Of a stretch of 49,019 nt of DNA, positions 39,689-49,019 are shown piece by piece (within the stretch, counting starts at the first letter, position 1; each line of letters starts with the position of its first letter). This stretch comes from Bigelowiella natans CCMP2755. Lineage: Eukaryota; Protista; Cercozoa. The position numbers and the translations under genes were made by a program. Under the pieces are notes generated by a model that made no database searches, was not told the origin of the DNA, and saw nothing but the letters and a program-made list of their open reading frames with translations. Location: positions 1 to 49,019 of the forward strand of contig ADNK01000986.1 in NCBI GenBank assembly GCA_000320545.1. The letters run 5' to 3'.

Positions 39689-40720
39689 GATGATTGCTAT
39701 ATCTATTATTTCCTTTTCTCATCAATATTATCATCATTATCATCATTATTATCATCATTATCAATATCGTTTTTAGACATGTGGTGCTAGCCCGGCATCG
39801 AAGGACAAAGAGGTTGGTTGCCATCAAGCGCTCCCCGCTCCACATGATGTGTCGCTGCGGAAAAGGTCACTCGAGATAGAGGAGGGGGGGGGGGAGGGGG
39901 AGCGAGAGAGAGAAAAAGAAGAAGGAGAAAGAGGCCCCTTCATTTTGTGAAAATGCGCCGTGTTGTGATTTGCTGCTGAATTATCATATGCTGCAGAATT
40001 TCCTCTCCACGAAACGACAGTATACCGGATATTCCAGCGCCAAGCCCCTTGGGTAATAGTGCGTGCAAATAGTAGAAGTAGTAGTTGTTGTTGCAGTAGT
40101 AGTAGCAGCAGTCATTGGCCACGTGTTCTCTCGTCGCTATAGTCCCACCACCCTTCGTTTGCGTGGGTCTTCCTTCTCTCCGGAAGAGTCCTCTTTCCCC
40201 GAGATGTCGTCATTCTCTGCGTCTCTCCCACGCCACTTGCTGATGGACGTCCGATGTGTTTTTCCTCTCTTTTTATTCTGGGGGGGTTCGTGGCGCAACA
40301 AATAGATCCCGCACCCGGGTTGGTTCTTGCGGCTGAGTCCTTACCAAAGGGAGGGCATTCAAATGCGCTTGACAACGGCCTTCAATCTGCCAAAGGAGAA
40401 GAGGGAGGCCACGCTGCGGCAGGTGGAGAAGTGTGGAAGGATGTCGATCATGATTACGATGATGATGATGATGATGATGATGATGTGTTTCCCATGGTGC
40501 TTTCCTCCCAGATCTCACTCTAAAACGCGTTCGCGCGGTCGTGTGCTGCTGCTGTTTTTTGTTCTGTCATTCATACTCGTAGTTGAAAGTAGAAGATGTG
40601 CGCAAAGCTTCACGTTTCGTCGGATGAGGTATTCGGCGAGCAGCGTAGGCAGCAGCACTTCCTGCGCTCACGGTCCTTGTGGGGCTTGGGTGGTCTCTTC
40701 CCCTCTTCCCCCCCCCCCCC

Positions 40721-40758
<38 letters not shown>

Positions 40759-40969
40759 ATAAAAAGGCAAACCAATTGATCAAGTACTACTTTCTGCTAA
40801 GTAACTGCCAAGAGTTTTTCGCGCAGTTCGGCCAGTACCGCAACACGGGTGGTCCTCCGCTGCTGGGAGGAGGTGGGGGGGGGTCGGGCGAGGAAAAAAA
40901 GGCGTCCAGTATCAACCGTAGCGGCCACCAGCACATCGCTCAATTTATCGAAGATTTTGCGGATGAACA
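38616..40969 (+). pseudogene. Ser/Thr protein kinase fragment (N-terminal helical region plus N-lobe only); 5' end uncertain, possibly from ~38068
   Basis: DHYEVLRQLGETTIG|HVVLARHRRTKRLVAIK (39500-39830), LHETTVYRIF, and after a long insert HQHIAQFIEDFADEQ (~40925-40969). I found no downstream HRD/DFG/APE exons. Confidence 0.6.
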
Positions 40970-41128
40970 GTTAAAAATACATCGTTGCCATGCTCCCCCT
41001 CCCCCTTCCCAAACATCAAGCTACTCTTCTAGCTCTCTGTCATAAAACGCCATCATCATCGATCATCAATGATACCCGGCACTGTCTGCTGCTTTCGCTT
41101 CTCCTGCTGTTCTCCTCCTCTTCCACCC

Positions 41129-41171
<43 letters not shown>

Positions 41172-41305
41172 TGTGTGCGTCCAGGTGTACCTTCTTCACA
41201 CTTAAAACAAACCAACAAATAAACACAAAAACAGAACGCATCTTTTTGCACCCCCCCCTCCCCCAAACAAATGAACAATCTCCAAAGAGACAGTCGATGC
41301 GGTAC

Positions 41306-41873
41306 CAGCATAACGCCCGAGCACTCCAACGCACTTGTCCACAATTGTGAACCACAGCAACACAGATCCTGCGAAGGTAGGAGAGGGGGGAGAAGAAGTA
41401 GGAGAAGAAGGAGGAGGAGGAGGAGGAGGCAAGAAATATCGCCGGAAAAGGTGAAGAAGAAAGAAGAAGAAGAAGAAAATGATGATGGGAAAAACATAGG
41501 GTATTCTTGCCGGCGAAAGTGTTACCTTTATTGTTAAAGTCCATAACGAGAAAGGTTTGTGTGCACGGTATGTAGAAGTACATCATACACGAGAGAAGCT
41601 GACAATCACGCAAACAAAACACTCTCAACCAAGGCAGTAGCAATAGTAGTAGCAGTATTATTATTGTTATTATGTATTTATTTATTTATTTGTAATTCCT
41701 ATTTTTGTCACTATTAGCAGTAGCAGCAGGGGAACGACGGCACAACAACGGGATAACGAGGGTGCTCGCGATGCCGATCGATCCTCATCACAGAAATGGT
41801 GGAAATGGTGGAAATCTCCCACATTTACAACAACAATAACAACAACTACTACTACTGCCACTACGACTATTAC

Positions 41874-41908
<35 letters not shown>

Positions 41909-44900
41909 CACTACTATTACTATTTCAATAACCTGCACAGCTACTGGCCAGCACCAAGGTCCCGCACTACTCGGCGACGAAGCTGCTGGTAATTTGCCGT
42001 TAGGCCCCTCTGTCTTCGCGAGAGGATCATTGCTGTCGCGAGCGGGATTTGCACAGGGCGCCGGCGTTCTCTCCTTCCCCCCCCCCTCCATATCGGCGAG
42101 GAGGAGGCTATTGCCGCTGCTTCCTCCCCCGGGAGGCAGCAGTGCCGGCACCCTTCCTGTCATCGGGGGTGTGCCGTGGGGACCGGGGGGTAGCAGAGGA
42201 AAGTTGAAGGATTGCTTTCTTCTCTGGCGGAGCGGCCAATTCGGCGCAGTGGATGAGCGATGGGGCAGTAGAGGTGTCAGTAATGAAGAAGGAGAGGCAG
42301 CAGCAGCAGCAGCAGCTGCGGGAGCTGCGGGAGCGCGAGGAGGAGGGGAATGGTGGTAAAGATGTTGGTGATGAAGATGGTGATGGCGGGACTTCACTGA
42401 CGACGATCGAGAAGGTGACAATGCGTCGAGTTGATGATGATGAGGAGGAGGAGGATGATGAGCGATGGACGACGACGATGATGATGATGGGCCGCCTCCT
42501 ATTACACATCCAGCAGAACATTATGCCGTGAGCTGTGAGACGTGCTATTCATTCATGATGAAAGCATCCATTGATGACCAAAGTACACCATCCTTCTTCT
42601 TCTTCTTCTTCTTCTTCTTCTTCTTCTTTTTCTACTACTGCTACTACTTCTATACCATTAGCATGATTTCCCGATAATACACTCTGCTCAGGGCTCGAGG
42701 ACTTCAGTTTTTGCTTCTGTTTGTTCTTGGAGACGAAGAACTCGTCGTTGTCCTCCTCACACGCGCTGGAAGCCAAAGAGGACCTGCGTCAACAACAACA
42801 ACAAGAACAACAACAACACCAACAAAAGCCACGCGCAAATGACAATTGACCCAGGGCGAAAGAGAAAAGGGAAGAGGGGGGGGGGGAGCGGGAGGGGAAA
42901 GAAGCTGAGGCAGTAGTAGTAGTAGTAGTAGTAGTAGTAGTCGTAGTTGAAGTACATAGTGGTAAGTAGATAGTGCTTACTAGGATTTGTTTGATTCAAT
43001 TCCTACGCTCTAATACAGATCTCAATGATAATACCATGAGATCAGGTAGAAGCTCGACGTTGCTAGTGTCAAAATGACTCCTTCATAGTAGTAGTAGTAG
43101 TAGTAGTAGTAGTAGCAATAGTAATAGGGAGGGGGAATGGTAGAGATGCGTTCAGCCTCGGCGTTGCGCACATGACGATAGCATAGAATAAGAGCCACGC
43201 TACGCACTAGAAGACAATGAACACCACCGCTTCCGACAGGGAGCAGCAAAAGGCATCAGCGGCGCAGTCGCTAGCAATGTCACTCAACCGCCACCACATA
43301 TTTCTACATTTATGTGTATATCACCACCTGTGAGGAGGAAGAAGATATTCGGAGAGAACGTTGGGGATGGGCCGGGCTTTGACGAAGGTGATGATAAGGG
43401 CAGAGCACAACAACAAATGGAAACCGCCAGTCACAATTAACACAAAGTGACGTCAGGCATAGCATAGATACCGTTCTTTGTTGCTCTCTCTCTTCTTAAT
43501 TACATGCCGCATGAGCTTTTTAACGAAATCCGAGATGTGTGTGCGTTTGTGTGCATATGCATGTGTGTGTGTGTGTGTGTGTTTGAGTGAGAGGTGGGTA
43601 AGATAAAGAGAAAGATAGAAAGAGAGAAAGAGAGAGAGAGAGAGAAGGAAGAGAGAGCTACCAGTTGCAGTGCCGCAATGATCGATGGAAGGATGTTTGA
43701 GAACGACGTGCCTAATGACTATTACCACGATTTATTAAGAATAAGGGAGGAGGAGGAGGAGGAGGAGGAGGAGGGGGAGAGAACCGATTAGCTCCGAATC
43801 GAAACCATTCTCAAGCTAGATTGTCCTTAGAATTGAGAAATAACAACTCCTCGTTATCTCTACATCCTACCTCTCTCTTTCCCCCATCCCCCCCCCCCCC
43901 CCTCTCTGCCCCTCGTTCAATCCGCCTCCACCCTACTACCATCGCAGCCGTCATCTGCGGGCAGAAGTGTGTTGCGAACGCCCAAAACGTGACATTTGAC
44001 ATGGACCCGACAGCTCCTATGTTGTACGTTCAAATTGCTAAATATCCCACAGTCTGTGACCAGCAGCTCCCTACCGCCCCCCCCGCCCCCCCTCCCCCGC
44101 TCTGGACAGTATTATGATGATCACGTCGACAGAAGAAGGATGCGTGAATTGCAGGCCGCGTGTAAGATTGGGATCGATGCTTGGTTTTGTTGTGGTGTAG
44201 CATGAGGAAGGACCTGATGCGAAGGCCGCCAAGACGAGGGTCACAGACACATTCATCCCAAAAACCACCGCTGTAGAGTCCCTGTAGTGTAGTGTAATGT
44301 GGTGGGTTGGGGGGGGGGGGGGGATAAGGAATGAGAAAATGACGGCAACAACTTCTACGTATCATCAATGGATCTTCACAATTCCTTCCCCCCTCCTTAT
44401 GGTGTCCTTAATACTCTCATCATAGGTCGGCACTATCGTCCCCCCCCCTTCCATTTCAGGCTTCCTTCGTCGTTCGTATACCATGCCCATGTTAGCGCCA
44501 GGCTCGCGAAGATCTCGAGGATCAAGACTCCGAGAATGACCTTCAAATTGGATTTTCGGGATGAGAAGAAGGGAGGGCCAGGCCGGGCCGACGGGCGTGA
44601 CCTCTTGCTGCTGCATGCACGTGTATTATGATGTTTGGGCGAATATCGGATGCAGACCTTTCGGAGGTCGAAGACGAAGTAGCGATTTGCGACCACGTAG
44701 ACGATAGTCACAATGTTGCCGGCCTGGAAATGAGATTAATCGAGCGCAAGTAACTCAGATTAGCACTGATTATTGAACCGTCGCCACGACCAGCAACACG
44801 CTACCTGTATAGCAACCGCCATGTGGGAGGCGATAGCATTTCCCTCGGGGACGGCAAAGGAGTTCGGCCCATCTGTGAAAGCTGTATGTAGCAGGGCCTC

Positions 44901-45010
44901 ATGGTGAGGAGGAGCGTTGGATAAAAAATCGGGGGCAGAGTGGCTATCTATCGCAACTCGTAGTTTCTGCTCCTCTTTTTCATTTGTATTATTTCCAGTG
45001 CAGTGTCAGG

Positions 45011-45048
<38 letters not shown>

Positions 45049-45453
45049 TTTTTTATAGGTTGTTCTTCCACTTGGGAGTCTGAGAAAATGGTATGAACTG
45101 CCCCTGCCTCCCGCCACCACATTGATTAGAACCTGCGAGCTGGAGGAAGAGCGCATTGACCAGGATCCATGGGGCGATCTACATCGGCGTGGAGGGTACC
45201 GTGATTAAGAACACATGGCATTACCGGTGAGAGGGTGTTGGTGTGATGATCGGTGATAGGACATCCATATTTATTTTGTTCTAGATCGAAAAGCGTTTTA
45301 CTGAAAAACGAAGAAAACCTAACCCCAACGTCACGGGAATCGAAACGCACACACAAGGCCAGCATAACGCCGATGTGTCGCTCGCGTCGTGCTACATACC
45401 CCTGTCATAAAGAAGAGCGCCCATGCCACTGAAGAGTAGCCCTGCTCCTCCAT
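41306..45453 (-). CDS. SLC52/RFVT riboflavin-transporter-like protein; C-terminal TM helices missing
   Basis: MEEQGYSSVAWALFFMTG|IAPWILVNALFLQLA|..VPEGNAIASHMAVAIQ|AGNIV..|VILGVL..AW|..|AVGSMSNVTFWAF..|SLGTSFSNILPSIIAALQL|PGPSPTFSP..FF matches the SLC52 motifs W..VN, LPEG, SNVTF, LP..LAL.Q. A large low-complexity loop follows, then LLSCMMYFYIP and SVLLWFTIVDK..GRYAG. Confidence 0.8.
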
Positions 45454-46070
45454 TGTCCGCTAAATCCGATCCAGTTGACTACCTCGATCTCAATATTCAG
45501 CTTGGTCGTTGGATAGTGCGTCGTCGTCGCCGTCGTGTGGGGGGGGGGTGGTCGTCGTCGTCGTCGACGTCGTACGGTGGGGGTGGTCCAGCACGCAGCT
45601 GGCTTTTCTATAAAATATTGTTTTTTTGTGAGATAATAAAGGTCATTTTTATCGGAATCGCACATCCGATTAGGAGGGGATCTTTAGATATATTTAGCTT
45701 TACCAAGGTGAAAATTTAAAATTGGGAGGGGTTCGAGGTTGGAGTGTGAGGCGATCGTATTTGCGGTAGTAGAGTTAGGTTGGGATTGTCGCAGGTTGAA
45801 TATCGCCTGGATTTGCAGAAACAAAGAGGATCTCGATCGAACACCCTTCCGGATTGACGAAAGAGCATCCATCGATCAAATAATCCCAGACTTCCTAGGA
45901 CTTCCTCCTTCTCCTCCTGCTACTTCCTCCTCCTTCCTTCTCCGGGAGAGGCCTTCTTGCTAAGCCACTACAATTTGATGATGATCGCCATCAACATCAT
46001 CTCCGTTTGAGGTAGAGGTGTGGCCGAGTAGTAGTATCAGGAAAAGAGAAATTCTCTCCCTCGCAAGCTT

Positions 46071-48196
46071 ATGGCTGAGGAAAAGGGTGACTTCCGCAGC
46101 CCTGCAAGCGGGTCGCAGGGAGATAAAAGTGAGCCGCTCATTCAGGCTGGTTCTACGAGCTCAGATCATCGAGAGAAAGACAACGAACTAGGTAGGCACT
46201 TGGTTTCTCATCATGATAATCTTGACAATTATCTGTTTGCTCTTGGCCCAGAGAATCACGGGCAGGACTCCGACATGCCTCCTCGCGCCATGAAAATGTC
46301 GGCGAATCATCCTTCATCTCGACAAATTGCGGCGTCGAAAGATACCAAGCAATTCGACGTGGGCAAACGTGTGACCTTCCAGACCAAATCCATTCGTAAG
46401 TCAGCGAGCGCAGGAAGCTTCTCGGCGCTGCGGGAGGTAATGATCCCCAAATAGAGTCAACCCGGTGTGTGTGGAGGAGATGTATATTTGAAATGAAGAA
46501 GATGGCTTTCCCCAATTTGTCCCTGATGGCCCCATTCTCTCCCCCCCAACGTCTTTGTCAGCTCGAGAAATCTACGGGAAATCTATCCATGGGGGAATTC
46601 ACAAGCCTCGATGAGTAATCATGACTCTGCTAACATTGCAATTGATGCTAACGAAAACGTTCCAAATTAATCATGGATGGTGATGTGTGAAATGCATGTG
46701 CAGAAAATGCCCCGCACACTTGCGGGCGAGGGCAATGAGGGTGTGCTGCGACCGAAGGGGTGTATTATACAATAGCCGCCACCACCTGATTCATGCTCTT
46801 TTTTTCTTACCATCTTTAGGCAAGAAAGAGAAGGTGACGCTTTGACCCCAGAGGTCAAGAAAGTTTGGGTAAGAAGCAACGAAGAACATCGGAAAACGCA
46901 CCATTTACGATATTATCACATGAAGCATGCGTGTATGATCTGACCTATGATTCTGTTGGCAGGAGAAGGGCAGGAAAGAGCGGTGGTGGGTCAGTCCTTC
47001 GGAATTCAAGATTCCAGAGAAAGAAATGGCATCAGGAGCTTGCGGAAAGGTAGTGGTATAGGCTGGCTATTACGTGTATATCAATGATAAAACCGATGGG
47101 GTCTTTTACGTTGAATATGTGCATGCAGCAGTTGTTATCGTTGTTGTTTGATGATGATGACAATGATGATGAAAATGGGTGTCTTATTGTTCGCCAGGTA
47201 TATGTCACGAAGTGGCGTTCTCTTCGAGTGGCAGTCAAGACCATTAAGAAGGCCACGTCGCGCAAAGAGGTAGGAAGGTTTTTTTTCTATGAAAGGGGCG
47301 CGAAGGTCATTGAGGAAGGGGGTGGGGGGAGGAAGGAAAAAGCTTGATGTGACAGGGAACACCATCAACAACATTCTCCTTTAATGCTGCTGCTGCTGCT
47401 GCAGCACTATCGTTCGCTCACGATTCTTCTCTTCTTGTCAGCTGGAGGACCTGCAGCAAGAAATACAAGTGTGGTCAACGACACGCCATCCCAACGTCGT
47501 CACCTTCATGGGTCTGTCTGTCTGTTTTTCGACTGAGAGAGAGAGAGAGGAGCGAAGGGGGAAGGGGGAAAGGGAGAGAGAGTGGGGAAGGAGATTCCGT
47601 ATCTGCGTGGATGCATGATGATGATTTCCGAAATTCAGGTGTTGTTGTTGTAGTTCTTGTCTTCTTCTTCTTCTCCTTTTTTCTTCTTTTTCTTCTACAT
47701 AACGCCACAAATCTCATCATCGTTAGGAGCTTCATACAATCCGCACAACGGCGTTATGCTAATCATGGAGTTCATGAAGGGAGGTGGCCATATCTAAAAT
47801 AACATAAATATGATATAGATATATATATATATATATATATATACATCTCTCATACACTTACCGCGCCGCCCCGTCCCTGCTTTGACCGTTGTACTACTGC
47901 CCTCCCTCCTTTTGGTGGTTGTGGGCATGGTGATGCTGCTTGTATTTGCAGGCGACTTGCAGCAGCTAATAGATAGAACAGGAGGTCCAATTCCACGGAA
48001 GAGAGCTTATCAGATTGCGCTGGTAACGACCTTGCTTCTCATGATGTTAAGCAGCTAGCTGTAGTAGCAGCAGCGGCTGTATATTATTACGGCTTCAACC
48101 GCGAAAACACACCGCCTTGGCACATGCATGCACGCGCAGCACGATCGTGTCGTCGATAGTTGTGTGAGTGAATATCAATGACAAATACACATATAT

Positions 48197-48238
<42 letters not shown>

Positions 48239-48709
48239 ATAATATGTATATTTACACGTGTATGTGTACATGTCTTATCGTCGTTAGGACATTGGAAAGG
48301 CCTTATGTTTCCTCCACGCCTGCCACGTAAGTCTTGTTTGCTTCACCCATCACATCATCACCCCCATCGCTTCGCTCCGGATGGTGTGCGTGCGTTTTTG
48401 TGTATGTGTGTGTGTGTGTATGTGTGTGTGTGTGTGTGTATGTGTGTGTGTGTTTTCCCGCTGCTTTCCTGGTGACAGATACACTGCTTCTCTCTCCACA
48501 TAAAATATAAAGACATATCGTTCAATCCCTCTCCCTCCCGCCCTCCTACGGCATGATGTGATGGATGTGTTGCCGATGCATGATGCATGATGCATGATGC
48601 AGTGCTGTGAGCATTCGTTGGTATGTTATATATCCTACCCCAGCCCCCCATCATCCATCGCGACCTCAAGCCGCCGAACGTGTTGTTCGACGCGCACGGA
48701 GTGGCAAAG
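46071..48709 (+). CDS. Tyrosine-kinase-like (TKL/MAP3K-Raf-like) protein kinase; continues past window end
   Basis: RWWVSPSEF..MASGACGK|VYVTKWRSLRVAVK..|..QQEIQVWSTTRHPNVVTFMG|A..LIMEFMKGG|DL..|DIGKGLMFLHAC|PPIIHRDLKPPNVLFDAHGVAK. Confidence 0.92.
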
Positions 48710-49019
48710 GTATGGTGCTTTAGTAGAAGTAGTAGTAGTGGTAGTAAGTAGTGGTAGCAGCAGCATCATTGTCTTATCAGCTTCTCTCTAAAAACAGCAT
48801 TCACCTGTACAGAACAGCGTATGTACCCATATATAATACACACGCACTCATACACACACACACACACAAAGATACACACATAAATTGTATTTTCTCACAA
48901 TACAACGATTCTTCGATTTCCCACTCCTCTAGCTCTTGCTCTCTCTCTCTCTCTCTCTCTCTCTCATTCTCTTATTCTCTCCGCTGCGGTGCTGCTTTTG
49001 GCCTCCATGTGAAGCTCTA

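Larger units (their letters stand above)
588..48965. repeat. Dense intronic microsatellites: (CA/TG)n, (GA/TC)n, (AT)n, (GAT)n, (GTA)n, (CAG)n, (GAG)n, poly-G/C
   Basis: Seen directly in most introns, e.g. 619-642, 1605-1637, 6953-6986, 14655-14725, 22825-22923, 26524-26562 and 39315-39427. Confidence 0.95.

Noticed and set aside
41796-42359. 187-aa + strand ORF
   Set aside because: Antisense shadow of the GC-rich SLC52 loop exon plus a microsatellite.
50-45453. Metabolic cluster of DPYS, PhnN-CPDase and riboflavin transporter
   Set aside because: The genes are separated by unrelated ones and share no single pathway; probably coincidental.
39480-48709. Kinase N-lobe at 39.5-41 kb spliced to the kinase C-lobe at 47-48.7 kb across the SLC52 gene
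   Set aside because: The downstream TKL has its own ATG and complete N-lobe, and looks like a different kinase group.
1005-48791. Most ORF-track entries with poly-[15 protein letters not shown] or RERE runs
   Set aside because: They are translations of intronic microsatellites or antisense frames of real exons.

Overview
Eukaryotic nuclear DNA from an intron-dense protist; a SAR/Rhizaria-like origin is only my impression from gene style. Almost every intron is filled with microsatellites, so most entries in the six-frame ORF track are artefacts. By splicing GT-AG introns by hand and tracking phase I reconstructed 8 genes in strictly alternating orientation (- + - + - + - +). They are: (1) dihydropyrimidinase, running off the window start; (2) a ~47-exon, ~2,900-aa surface receptor with signal peptide, 4 SRCR, lectin-like, PAN, WSC and GIFT-like modules and ~5 TM helices, fused to a cytosolic RING-IBR-RING (RBR) E3 ubiquitin ligase; (3) a TMEM181/Wntless-like multipass domain fused to a class 3 lipase; (4) a PhnN-like ribose-1,5-bisphosphokinase fused to a 2H cyclic phosphodiesterase, with an organelle-type presequence; (5) a METTL13/EEF1AKMT4-like methyltransferase; (6) a truncated Ser/Thr kinase; (7) a truncated SLC52 riboflavin-transporter-like gene; (8) a TKL kinase running off the window end. 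The best candidates for undescribed systems are the receptor-RBR ligase and the PhnN-CPDase fusion. All domain calls come from motif recognition by eye; no database searches were run.
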